A stretch of 64,000 nt of DNA from Eledone cirrhosa (lineage: Eukaryota). Position numbers and translations under genes: made by a program. The notes under the pieces are model-generated. The model did no database searches and was not told the DNA's origin. It worked only from the letters and a program-made list of their open reading frames with translations. Shown in pieces: positions 29,060 through 42,066 of the stretch (position 1 is the stretch's first letter; each line of letters opens with the position of its first letter). The stretch is taken from NCBI GenBank assembly GCA_964016885.1, contig OZ024754.1:35650001-35714000 (forward strand), written 5' to 3'.

Positions 29060-30122
29060 CTTTACCACTTCCTTCTTCACTTCCTTCCTCACTTCCCCCC
29101 TCACTTCCCCCTCACTTCCTTCCTCACTTCCTCCCATACATCCTTCTTCACTTCCTGCCTCACTCCCTCCCTCACTCCCTCCCTCCCTCACTTCCCCCCT
29201 CACTTCCTTCCTCACTTCCTCCCACACTTCCTTCCTCATTTCCTTCCTCATTCCCCCCTTCCCCCCCCCCCTCACTCCCCCTCCCTCACTTCGCCCCTCA
29301 CTTCCTTCCTCACTTCCTCCCACACTTCCTTCCTCATTTCCTCCCCCCTCACCCCCTCCCACACTTCCTTCCTCACTTCCTTCCTCACTCCCTCCCTCAC
29401 TCACTTCCCCCCTCACTTCCCCCCACACTTCCTTCCTCACTTCCCCCCTCCCTCACTTCCTCCCACACTTCCTTCCTCACTTCCCTTCCTCACTCCCTCC
29501 CTCACTCACTCACTCCCCCCTCACTTCCCCCACCCCCTTCCTCACTTCCTCCCACACTTCCTTCCTCACTCCCTCACTCAGTCCCTCACTCACTTCCCCT
29601 CTCACTTCCTCCCACACTTCCCCCTCACTTCCTCCCTCACTCCTTCCCTCACTTCCTTCCTCATTTCATTCCTCACTCCCTTCCTCCCTCCCTCCCCACT
29701 TCCTCCCTCACTTCCCCCTCACTTCCCCCTCACTTCCTCCCACACTTCCCCCTCACTTCCTTCCTCACTCCTTCCCTCACTTCCTTCCTCATTTCATTCC
29801 TCACTCCCTTCCTCCCTCCCTCCTTCCTCCCTCCCCACTTCCTCCCTCACTCCCCCCTCACTTCCCCCTCACTTCCTCCCTCACTTTCTCCCTCACTCCC
29901 TCCCTCACTCCCTCCCTCACCCCCCCCCCCCCTCACTTCCTTCCTCACTCCCTCCCTCACTTCCTTCCTCATTTCCTTCCTCACCTCCTCCCTCACTCAC
30001 TCCCTCACTTCCCCCTCTCTTCCTTCCTCACTCCCTCATTCACTCCCTCCCTCACTTCCCCCTCACTTCCTCCCACACTTCCTTCCGCACTCCCTCCCCC
30101 CTCACTTCCCACCACACTTCCT
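29060..30122. repeat. CT-rich (CCTCACTTCC-like) low-complexity region; second copy at about 30990-32165
   Basis: Pyrimidine-rich degenerate repeat. Confidence 0.9.
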
Positions 30123-30322
30123 NNNNNNNNNNNNNNNNNNNNNNNNNNNNNNNNNNNNNNNNNNNNNNNNNNNNNNNNNNNNNNNNNNNNNNNNNNNNNN
30201 NNNNNNNNNNNNNNNNNNNNNNNNNNNNNNNNNNNNNNNNNNNNNNNNNNNNNNNNNNNNNNNNNNNNNNNNNNNNNNNNNNNNNNNNNNNNNNNNNNNN
30301 NNNNNNNNNNNNNNNNNNNNNN
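30123..30322. other. Assembly gap (200 N)
   Basis: N run. Confidence 1.
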
Positions 30323-32051
30323 ACATGAAGCAATAGCCCCACATGAAGCAATAACCCCACATGAAGCAATAGCCCCACATGAAGCAATAACCCCACATGA
30401 AGCAATAACCCCACATGAAGCAATAGCCCCACATGAAGCAATAGTCCCACATGAAGCAATAGCCCCACATGAAGCAATAACCCCACATGAAGCAATAGCC
30501 CCACATGAAGCAATAGCCCCACATGAAGCAATAACCCCACACTAAGCAATAGCCCCACATGTTCTACGACACATCTTACGACATACCAATATAACTCTTA
30601 TTAAGGATATTCCTTTATGAATATATTACAGATCGCCATGACTATGGTTTGAACTATAAGCAATAATTGTTTCTATTTTTGGTACAAGGCCAGCAATTAT
30701 CCCAGTGTATTACTGGTACTTTATTTTATCGACGCCGTAAGGATGAAAGGCAAATAATACCAACAACAGCAAAACAAAAAGTACAGCTTTATCTTTCTTC
30801 ATTCTTTCACCCCCCCCCCCCTCTCCACCTGTAACGGAGGCCCTAAAAAGGCTCATGGGCCTTGCCCTTCCCTGCCTGAAAAGATTATCTTTTGGCTGGT
30901 CTTGTCTCACTCCCACTCTCAATCTTTCTTCTCCTCCTCCTCTCTCTCTCTTTCTCCTCTTCCATCTCTCTCTTCCTTTCTTCCTGTCTTTACCACTTCC
31001 TTCTTCACTTCCTTCCTCACTTCCCCCCTCACTTCCCCCTCACTTCCTTCCTCACTTCCTCCCATACATCCTTCTTCACTTCCTGCCTCACTCCCTCCCT
31101 CACTCCCTCCCTCCCTCACTTCCCCCCTCACTTCCTTCCTCACTTCCTCCCACACTTCCTTCCTCATTTCCTTCCTCATTCCCCCCTTCCCCCCCCCCCT
31201 CACTCCCCCTCCCTCACTTCGCCCCTCACTTCCTTCCTCACTTCCTCCCACACTTCCTTCCTCATTTCCTCCCCCCTCACCCCCTCCCACACTTCCTTCC
31301 TCACTTCCTTCCTCACTCCCTCCCTCACTCACTTCCCCCCTCACTTCCCCCCACACTTCCTTCCTCACTTCCCCCCTCCCTCACTTCCTCCCACACTTCC
31401 TTCCTCACTTCCCTTCCTCACTCCCTCCCTCACTCACTCACTCCCCCCTCACTTCCCCCACCCCCTTCCTCACTTCCTCCCACACTTCCTTCCTCACTCC
31501 CTCACTCAGTCCCTCACTCACTTCCCCTCTCACTTCCTCCCACACTTCCCCCTCACTTCCTCCCTCACTCCTTCCCTCACTTCCTTCCTCATTTCATTCC
31601 TCACTCCCTTCCTCCCTCCCTCCCCACTTCCTCCCTCACTTCCCCCTCACTTCCCCCTCACTTCCTCCCACACTTCCCCCTCACTTCCTTCCTCACTCCT
31701 TCCCTCACTTCCTTCCTCATTTCATTCCTCACTCCCTTCCTCCCTCCCTCCTTCCTCCCTCCCCACTTCCTCCCTCACTCCCCCCTCACTTCCCCCTCAC
31801 TTCCTCCCTCACTTTCTCCCTCACTCCCTCCCTCACTCCCTCCCTCACCCCCCCCCCCCCCTCACTTCCTTCCTCACTCCCTCCCTCACTTCCTTCCTCA
31901 TTTCCTTCCTCACCTCCTCCCTCACTCACTCCCTCACTTCCCCCTCTCTTCCTTCCTCACTCCCTCATTCACTCCCTCCCTCACTTCCCCCTCACTTCCT
32001 CCCACACTTCCTTCCGCACTCCCTCCCCCCTCACTTCCCACCACACTTCCT
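30323..32051. repeat. Near-identical duplicate of about 28360-30122 across the gap
   Basis: Same minisatellite end, unique spacer and CT tract, offset 1963 then 1928. Confidence 0.92.
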
Positions 32052-32184
32052 TCCTCATTTCCTTCCCCCCTCCCCCCTCCCTCACCCACTTCCTCCCTCA
32101 CTTCCCCCTTCACTTCCTCCCTCACTTTCTTCCTCACTTCCTTCCTCACTCCCTTCCTCACCTCCTATTCGTAACTCCTCTCTT

Positions 32185-32313
32185 TACGAGGGCCGGCTGA
32201 AAAGTTCATAAGCTGACCAAGATACTCTCATGGAATAACCAAATGAGGTTTATTTTTCAACATACTCCCTGGAAAGAAACAATACAGTTATTAATAAGAA
32301 AAGTTGAAATTAA
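32185..32313 (+). mobile_element. Mariner-family terminal inverted repeat fragment
   Basis: Starts TACGAGGGCCGGCTGAAAAGT, a mariner-type TIR start. Confidence 0.65.
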
Positions 32314-32336
32314 TTGTTTCTACTTTAGGCACAAGG

Positions 32337-32622
32337 CCTCTCCTTTGTTCTGTCCTACGCCATCTTGTTTTTGATGGCGTAGGACAGAACAAAGGAGAGG
32401 CACAAAAAACAAAGAAAAGAATCCCCAGTCACTGTAGAGGTCACAGAATGTGTGACGAAAGAACTTTGACAATATATAAACAACCATCTGGTTGTGGAAC
32501 CAACCAACCAACCGGAAATTTATAAATTCCTAAATTTATAAATTTATTATAATAAATTGAAGTGAAAGCAACTGGTGCGTGTGTTTCCTATTGGCAACAT
32601 GACCCTCCCAAAGTATAACAAT
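32337..32622 (+). mobile_element. Fold-back plus hammerhead element family Q (copy at 60810-61045 on - strand; fragments at about 11729, 50663 and 51030)
   Basis: 28-bp perfect hairpin at 32337-32400; gtc a CTGTAGA g gtcaca-gaatg-tgtgac GAAA gaact TT gac (core mutated); ends CCCTCCCAAAGTATAACAA(TA)n. Confidence 0.7.
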
Positions 32623-32739
32623 ATATATATATACAGTTTTCCAAGAGATGGCAACATGAATCGGCCTGTTATTTTTATCTAAAGATATTTTTTCCAATCC
32701 CACCCGCCCGTCCCTCCAATCTATCTTATTTCTCATTCT

Positions 32740-32777
32740 TTCTTCTGATGAAGGATTAGCATCCGAAACGTTAAGAA
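32740..32777 (+). ncRNA. Minimal hammerhead, family P
   Basis: ttct t CTGATGA a gga-ttagca-tcc GAAA cg TTA agaa. Confidence 0.7.
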
Positions 32778-32884
32778 CCTCTTCCTGGTATTTCAAGCGT
32801 TAATCTAATATATTCCTTCCATATACTATACCGACCGTGTTGTTATTTCTATACACCTTTTACTTACACACACACACACACACG

Positions 32885-32972
<88 letters not shown>

Positions 32973-33099
32973 CACACATATATATATATATGTGTGTGTG
33001 TGTAAAAGGTAAACAGAAATAACAACACAATCGGTACAGTATATGGAAGGGATATATTAGGTTAACGTTTGATATAGCAGAATGTATATATATATGTAT

Positions 33100-33385
33100 T
33101 TTCTTCGGGGTTATAAGAGGCTTAGCTCTGTTTCTCGACCGTTATATCGCGTGACTATCTCCCCCTCCGCCTTTTGGGATTCTTTCTCCCGTCGTGTAGA
33201 CGCGTTCTTGAAGCTAGTAAAATGAGGTATCCTCTTGATAAGTCGGCAGACCTCGCAAGGGCTATATATCTTTATGATGTACTGTTTTTGTTTATGCCAC
33301 GAAACTACGTAGTCGAGGAATCTAGGAGCAGTTTAGGTATGATACATTTTATTACTAATTATATCTAAATGTTCCTTCTCTCTTC

Positions 33386-33389
<4 letters not shown>
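33100..33389 (+). mobile_element. Family R element fragment in (TA)n
   Basis: Reverse complement of about 42976-43266. Confidence 0.8.
33230..33319 (+). ncRNA. Type I hammerhead with U3-A8 variant core, family R
   Basis: tcctc TTGATAA gt(c)ggca..tgccac GAAA ctacgtag TC gagga: 5-bp stem I, stem II with a long insert, palindromic stem III and a GUC site. Confidence 0.72.
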
Positions 33390-33438
<49 letters not shown>

Positions 33439-33451
33439 GTATATATATATG

Positions 33452-33675
<224 letters not shown>

Positions 33676-34654
33676 ATAGCCACAGTAGAAATTAAACTCA
33701 GCTCTGTCGCCAAGTACCAAATCACTCAATGTAATATCGCTTGATCTGTTAGAAATAGCAGCTAGATCTTTCTCAAATAACGTAGGGTTAAATACATTAT
33801 GATGTGATGGCCATATCAGTAGCGCCTTTGACCATGGTTCTTCTCTTTGTTCGGATCTAATCTGGGACTAAACAACAACAACAACAACAACAGCAACAAT
33901 GACAACAAACAACAGCAACAAGTGAGCCAGTTGTCACGTTTTACGATTCGGTCACTGTTTACAATGGTGAAGTTGTAAAGTTGTGTCTTTTGATCACGAT
34001 GACCACTGGATATTACCGGGAGCTGAACTGAATACTCTGTCTGTCAGTCTCTGGACAGTCTGTCGGTTATGTCCAGTTGACAATCGTCCATTTTTTTTTT
34101 TATTTACTTCGTTAAATCTTCCGCATTGTCCCAACAAATATATATACACAGTGTCTTCAATGAATAGCGGACATCCATTCGGTTTAATGTACCACTGCGC
34201 ATGTTCCTACACATACATATACACACGTTCATACTGACGGACGCTATTATAATTGTACCAGTGCGCATGTGTGAGGATCTCCCAGAGTGTCGTCTACATA
34301 AGGTAGTTTATCAGTCGGGGAATACTTCGCTGTCATTTTCCTGTTGCGGAATATAAATAATCAGAATTATCAACATTCTGATTAATAAATATTTTGAAAG
34401 TTGAATTTAATTTATTTTTTTTTTAAATTTTATAATTTACATCAGAATGATGACACTACTGAACGACAATTTTTATTGAATGGAAATCGAATTTAAAATA
34501 TCGTTTTATTTCTTTGAATGGAAGAATTATTTATTGGAAATGTGAATGGAGGAAATATTAAAATACACACAAAGAACAAAAAGAAAAGACTGGAAGAAAT
34601 TTTGGCTGAATGAAACTTTAAACAGATTTATTTGATCGAGGTTAGTATTTGAAG

Positions 34655-34685
<31 letters not shown>

Positions 34686-34892
34686 GAGAGTGGGGGTGAG
34701 AGAGGGAGATAGGGGGAGAGAGTGAGAGGGGGGGCGAGGGGGAGAGAGGGGGAGAGAGTGTGAGTGTGTGTGAGAGAGAGACGGGAGAGAGTGTTAGTGT
34801 AAGGATGTCTCTCCCTCTCTCTCTCTCCCTCTCACTGTCTCTCTGGCTATGTGTGGGGGGAGGATGTGGGAGTGTTTATGTGAGTATATATT

Positions 34893-34933
<41 letters not shown>

Positions 34934-34962
34934 GTCTCTCTCTCTCTTTATATATATCTTTA

Positions 34963-35000
<38 letters not shown>

Positions 35001-35002
<2 letters not shown>

Positions 35003-35191
35003 ACAAAGGAGTTGTGGTAAGGAACTAGATGGACCATAACACACCAGAGTACTCAATACTTAGGGTAGTAGAGTGGGAAATAGGAAAAAAGTATGATACC
35101 GACGGCAGAGCTCAAGTCGTTTCGACGGCTATTTCTGGACTGAAATAGCCGTCGAAACGGCTTGAGCTCTGCCGTCGGGGTCATACTTTTT

Positions 35192-35196
<5 letters not shown>
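35001..35196 (-). mobile_element. Family H copy in (TA)n
   Basis: Tail plus palindrome with centre CTATTTC-TGGACT-GAAATAG. Confidence 0.9.
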
Positions 35197-35234
<38 letters not shown>

Positions 35235-35354
35235 TATCTCTCTCCCTTTCTTTATATATATATCTTTCTCTCTCTCTCTCTCTGTGGAGATGTTGGGGCT
35301 GCATTTCGCGGACAAAACTGCAAAACCAACAATGATAGTGAAAGACAAGTAAAT

Positions 35355-35454
35355 CGAGGGAGAGAGACTAGAGAGATGGGGAGAGAGAATGATAGAGAGA
35401 GGGTGATAGAGAGAGAGGGGGAGTGATAGAGAGAGAGAGTGATAGAGAGAGAGT

Positions 35455-35510
<56 letters not shown>

Positions 35511-35538
35511 TAGAGAGAGAGAGATAGATAGAGAGAGA

Positions 35539-35569
<31 letters not shown>

Positions 35570-36500
35570 GGTGAGAGAGAGAGAGTGATAAAGAGATGGG
35601 AAGAGAGAGTGATAGAGAGATAGAGATAGAGATAGAGAGATAGAGAGATAGATAGATAGATAGAGAGAGAGGGGGGTGAAAGAGAGACAGTGATTAAGAG
35701 AGAGAACGTGTGAGAGAGAGAGAGAACCTGAGAGGGGGGGGGTGATAGATAAGAGAGGTGGATGTTTGAAGCAAAAGTGACGGATATATACATAGAATGA
35801 GAGAGAGAGGGGGTTAAAAAAGGGAGAGAAAAAACTGATGCAGAGAAAAGAAGATTGAGAGAGAGAGAGACAAAATGAGAAAGAAAATAGGTGTAGATAG
35901 AAAGAGGAAGAAAGAGAAGGAAATAGTGACAGCAAGAAAGGGTGATAATCTGATGTAGAGAAAGATAGTGTGAGAAAGAGAAAGCGAGGGAGGGAGAGAG
36001 AACAAGAGAGAGAGAGAGAAAAAGAGAGGGAGGGAGAAGAGAGAGATGAGTGGAAGTAGGAGAAGGGAAGCAGTAGAAAATGAGAGAGAGGCGGTGATAA
36101 TTGAGAGAGATAATCGAAAAAGATAGTTACAGAGAGAGAGGGGGGGGGAGCGACAGCAATACAGTATAACAGTATTAGAGAGAGAGAGAAGCAGGGAGAA
36201 TGACTGAAAGAGAGTGTGTGTGTGTGTGTGTATATATATTGGTATGGGAAACAAAGAGAGAAAGAGAGGGAGAATGACTGAAAGAGTGTGTGTGTGTATA
36301 CATTGGTATGAGAAAGAGAGACAGACAGACAAAGAGAGAGGGGGAGAATGACTGAAAGAGTAATAGAAAGAGTGATAGAGAGAGAGAGTGAGAGAGAAAG
36401 AGAGAGAGAGAGAGAGTGAGAGAGAGAGAGAGAGAGTGAGAATGAGAGAGAGAGAGAAAGTGAAATGATGAGAGATAAGATGAATCGAGAGAAAGAAAAG
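35355..36500. repeat. GA/GATA-rich low-complexity region
   Basis: (GA)n and (GATA)n. Confidence 0.85.
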
Positions 36501-37137
36501 ATAAATAGAATGAAATTATCGGAAGGAAAGAAAGTCGGTTGGGGAGGGGGGGAGGGGAGGGGGGGGATGATGAAAGAATTATTCAGAGAATAAGTGTTAG
36601 ATATTGTGAAGACAAACAAATATGTGAACATCATCATCATCATAATGGTAATAATAGAAAAGAACAGAAAGAAAGGAAGAAAAAAGAAAGGAAGGAAAAG
36701 AAAGAAAGACCGAATGAATGAATAAATGAATGAATAAGATTGAGAATGAAAAGGGTGGGTGAAAGAAATTGTATATATCGAAATATTGATAGAGAGATAA
36801 GAAGAACAAGAGGACAAGTTAATGAAAAGGTGAAAAAGAACGTTAAGAATGAACGAATTAATTAATTAATTAATGAGTTAATGAATGAAGAAAGATTAGG
36901 CCAAAAAAAAAAAAAGAAGAAGAGAAAGAAAGAAGGAAGGAGGAAATCAAAGAGCAGACGACTCAGTCGATAGTAGAAAAAGCTTGGACGCAAAATGGCT
37001 CCAACCTGTTATGTGACGCAGTGCGGAACTAACGTCAGAGCTGACATCACGCTTATAATTGTGTGAGACTTTGAATCAAGTCTCGTTATGTCATCTTTTA
37101 TACATACATAACATACATACTTACATACATGTATACA

Positions 37138-37180
<43 letters not shown>

Positions 37181-37285
37181 CACACATATATACATAATAC
37201 ATACTTACATACTTATATACTTACAAACAAACAAACATACATACATACACGCACACACATTACACTATATATAAATATATATACA

Positions 37286-37372
<87 letters not shown>

Positions 37373-37450
37373 GTATTTTAGTCTTCACATTTATTATTAC
37401 TATATATATAATATATATTTATGTATTTTAGTCTTCACATTTATTATTAG

Positions 37451-37519
<69 letters not shown>

Positions 37520-37826
37520 TATATATATATACAAGTGTAATTTATTTTTCTTTCGTCGTAGAGCGAAGGTAGCCATTTAGCAGATATGCTTCTCGACTGA
37601 ACGTTAATGGCTCACCTTCTAAATGAATGAAAGCAGACGATACATAAGACTGCTTGTGGCAAACGACGGACAATAACGAAAACAGTCACCTCCGCCTCTT
37701 TTATTGCCATTATATCAAAAGCATTTCTTTCTTTTCCATCTCCCACTCTACACATCATATACATTACTCGCTCCATTCCTTGTTCGCTATTTTTTTTTTC
37801 ACTCTTCCCACATCTCACTCACTACA

Positions 37827-37862
<36 letters not shown>

Positions 37863-38271
37863 ATCTTCTCTCTCTCTCTCTCTCTCTCTCTCCGCCACAC
37901 TCTCTTTCTTTCTCTCTCTCTCTCTCTCTCTCTCCGCCACACTCTCTCTCTCTCTCTCTCTCGCTCTCTCTCTCTCTCTTTCTCTCTGCATCTCTCCCAC
38001 ACACACATTCTCTCCATCTCTCTCTCTGTATCTCTCCCACACACACATTCTCTCCATCTCTCTCTCTGTATCTCTCCCCCACACACATTCTCTCCATCTC
38101 TCTCTCTGCATCTCTCTTCACACACACATTCTCTCCATCTCTCTCTCTGCATCTCTCTCACACACACACTCTCTCCATCTCTCTCTCTGCATCTCTCTTC
38201 ACACACACATTCTCTCCATCTCTCTCTCTGCATCTCTCTCTCACACACACACATTCTCTCTCATACACACT

Positions 38272-38302
<31 letters not shown>

Positions 38303-38304
38303 CT

Positions 38305-38336
<32 letters not shown>

Positions 38337-38390
38337 TACAGGGACACGCGCACACATACACGCGCGCACGCATACGCGCACATACACACA

Positions 38391-38469
<79 letters not shown>

Positions 38470-39144
38470 GTGTGTGCATATGTGTATACACACATAGACA
38501 TATATGCATGTGTTTAAGTGCATGGTGAAAGAGATAAAGATAAGGTGGATGAGAGAGAGAGGGAGACAGACAGAGAGAGAGAAAGAGAGAGAGAGTAAGA
38601 GAGTATGGAAGTGGGAGGACAGGAAGACAAACAGTCAGAGGGTGTATGAGAGATTTCCTCAATGCACAAACAACCGCAGTGATATATTCATACATATAAA
38701 TATATACACACACACACACACACACACAAACGCATACGTACACAGTTGTATTATTGGACCTCCGTCACTTCCGACGACGAGTATTATGGTCATTCGATAA
38801 ACGAAACGGGCTGCTCCATAGAATTAATATGCAGGTGGCTGAGTATTCCACAGACACGTGTATCCTTCCCGTAGTTCTCAGGGAGATTCGGCGTGACATA
38901 ATATATGACAAGGAGGATACAACTTACTTTTAGTTGTGCTAGGTGTACTGGAATAACGTGAAATATGTGTCTTGCTGAAGGACATAACGCAACACCGAGA
39001 ATCGAACTCACAACTTTTCTGTCACCCTAAGCACTAAAGCGCATACCCTAGTGGTAGGGGTGTTGGATTGGACTTTTGATTTCTGGATTGGGTAGTGTGA
39101 TGTGTTCTTGAGCAAAATACTTCATTTCACGTTGCTACAGTACT

Positions 39145-39201
<57 letters not shown>

Positions 39202-39206
<5 letters not shown>

Positions 39207-39438
39207 AAAAAGTATGACCCCGACGGCAGAGCTCAAGCCGTTGCGACGGCTATTTCTGGACTAAATTAGAATTTTCACCAGGCTAAAAATTCTAATTTAG
39301 TCCAGAAATAGCCTTCGAAACGGCTTGAGCTGTGCCGTCGGGGTCATACTTTTTCCTATTTCCCACTCTACTACCCTAAGTATTGAGTACTCTGGTGCGT
39401 TATGGTCCACCTGGTTCCTTACCACAATTCCTTTGTTA
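39202..39438 (+). mobile_element. Family H copy with the longest arms
   Basis: Arms of about 74 bp, centre AAATTAGAATTTT-CACCAGGCTA-AAAATTCTAATTT, then tail and (TA)n. Confidence 0.9.
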
Positions 39439-39460
39439 TATATATATATATATATATATA

Positions 39461-39975
39461 TGAATCACGACCTCCTTGCGGACAACTGACGCTGTACACC
39501 TGGCCGAACACAGAAGTGCCGAACTCCCACTGTCATCGCCTCCATCTCTCTCGCCCTCCCCATCTCTCTGTATTATGAGCAAATGGGGTCCCACATGCTG
39601 GCCGCCCGGCGGACAGAATGGAGAAGGCGTTTCCCCGGAGGATGGTAAGGGAGATGCGCTGAAAGAGCCATTCCATCTCGCGAGGCTCACACCTGCGGCT
39701 GGCCAGCTCAGCACCTATAGTGGTGGTAAGTAGGGAGGTAGCCCTAGGGCCAACGACACCAGAAGTCGCCACTGCTAGGGGCTCCACTGCAAAGCGGTCG
39801 GAAAGCGACCGATAGGTGGAGAATTTACCCTGATCAGCCCGATGTGCAGCAGAAGCTGGGTTAGTCGCAGACTGCACTAGGTTAACCCTGTGATGGGCTG
39901 GCATCATATCCTGGTAGATGCGTGTACCCTCACTCGCTTCATTCCACGGAAACCAGGTTAAGTCCAGGCCGGGTG
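39461..39975 (-). mobile_element. CRE-like (RLE endonuclease) non-LTR retrotransposon 3' fragment
   Basis: DLTWFPWNE and KFSTYRSLSDRFAVEPLAVATSGVVGPRA..IGAELASRRCEPREMEWLFQRISLTILRGNA match the C-terminal RLE pattern P.A.ET.G..G..QRIS....RGNA; the 3' end abuts (TA)n. Confidence 0.7.
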
Positions 39976-40403
39976 AGTCTCCGGCTTCGAGAGAGGCTTT
40001 AGACTTTTTTTACACTAACTATTAAACACCCTAAACATTAACACACACACATATACATACACACATATACATACGTACACACACACACATACGCGCACAC
40101 ACACACATACACACACACGTAACACACACACACGTACATATACACATACACACATAGATACATACACACATACACACACAAACACACCCACACATACATA
40201 CATACGCACATACATACACACACACATAGCACACACACACATACATACACATATACACACCCTCACATACATACACACACATAAACACACACACACACAC
40301 ACAGAAACAACTATTATATGACCCATAATAGTTTTGTATGAGACGAACGTGTTGACATGTCTTACAAATGCTTGAAATCAGTATATGTATATATATGTGT
40401 GTG

Positions 40404-40480
<77 letters not shown>

Positions 40481-40730
40481 AGAAAGAGTGTATGTGTGCA
40501 AAAATACAGAGAGGTAAGAGGTAGTCGAGAGAAGAAGTGCCTAGATTCATACAACACACGCACACATGCAAATAAATAACCGTGCTCACTTATGTAGACA
40601 CACGCACACACATGCGCACGCGTATACACACACTCACATAAGCACACACATACAAATAAACACGCATACACAATAGATATACACAATGTATATATATATA
40701 ATATATATATATAATATATAATATATAGAG

Positions 40731-41000
40731 AGAAATGGCTTCTACACGACTAGAACTATTTCATTCGAAGGAAATCATCAGGAAAGCTCGCTGCGAGCAT
40801 GATTCGAACCTACCACTCATTGGATTTCAAGTCCAATGCCTTAACCACTGGGCGACCACAGTCAATTGGGCTTTCCTGGTGATTTCCTTCGAATGAAACA
40901 GTTCTAGTCCTGTAGAAGCCATTTCTATATTAAATATTTATACTCTGCTATGTATTGAGTACCTTACTTACTGTGGTTACCCCCAATTGAAGCCAGGGTA
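40731..41000 (+). mobile_element. Fold-back element: 57-bp arms (40731-40787, 40870-40926) with a hammerhead-like core around a tRNA-like loop, plus tail
   Basis: Arms AGAAATGGCTTCTACACGACTAGAAC..GGAAAGC and GCTTTCC..GAAGCCATTTCT; core CTG(A/G)TGA tttccttcgaat GAAA; tail TATACTCTGCTATGTATTGAGTAC. Confidence 0.7.
40789..40863 (-). pseudogene. tRNA-Ser(TGA)-derived sequence lacking the long variable arm
   Basis: The minus strand reads GACTGTGGTCGCCCAGTGGTTAAGGCATTGGAC-TTGAA-ATCCAATGAGTGGTAGGTTCGAATCATGCTCGCAGCG, with the D-loop, anticodon arm and T-loop of animal tRNA-Ser(UGA). Confidence 0.75.
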
Positions 41001-41724
41001 CACACACACACACTCACACACACAGACACACACACATATATATATATGTGTGTGTGTGTATATGCCATGTCACTCTTGAAGACAACTGGTAACATATAAC
41101 CCAGTACAAACTGTCCCATGGTCGTATCGTCGGCGACTAAACCGGGAACCCCACCAAGCTTGCTTGGTGAGGTGGTTGCTTTTGGACTCCCTGCGGGACG
41201 AAAAACAAAACCTGACAAAGGGCGGAGGAACTCATAAGAATCAACGCCCATTCAATAGTGTGTAAATATGTAAAGATTGTGTGGATGTGTGGGGATTGAT
41301 TTTGCGCAGGTCTATGTGCGCATATATATATATATTTGTTAAAACTTTTTTTTTTTTTAAATAAAAAAAAAAAAATTTTTATTTTAAATCCTTTAAAAAC
41401 CTTTTAAAACTTTAAAAAAACTTAAAAAAAACTTTTAACATTTTTAAATAATTATTTTTATATATATACTTTTTTATAGCATTTTAACTTTCAAATAGGA
41501 TAGGTTTATGAAAAAGTCAGCGAAATATTGCAATTCATTTACAGGTGTGGGGGATCGTAGGGCGAAACTTTGAAATAAAACCTGCCATTGATGTGATTAG
41601 CTGGCTTAGCTGGCTTAGGTTTGTCACCAAAGAATAATCACTGAAACTTAGAGAGTAGAACAATTGTTTGACACTATGATCCAATGATGAACAGATGTCT
41701 CTTTTGTGATCTTCTCATCACACA

Positions 41725-41797
<73 letters not shown>

Positions 41798-41984
41798 TAT
41801 AAGCAAGTATTTACACCAAGAAAAATAAAACGTTGGCGTGAAGAGATTATGAATTTATTTGCTTTAACATATGTTTCTGTGTCTATTATAATTGTCGACA
41901 TATGCTGACTACAATATATATAGTTCAATTATATGCAATACTTCATTATTTATTATACTTCATCAGAAAGCCTAGAGCAGTGGA

Positions 41985-42064
<80 letters not shown>

Positions 42065-42066
<2 letters not shown>

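Noticed and set aside
28740-32211. Long Pro/Ser/Leu-rich extensin-like ORFs
   Set aside because: CT low-complexity DNA open in all three frames and spanning an N gap
36955-37055. Cluster of YY1/CRE-like words (AAAATGGCT, TGACGCA, TGACATCA)
   Set aside because: Short motifs with no adjacent gene start; a promoter call cannot be supported from sequence alone
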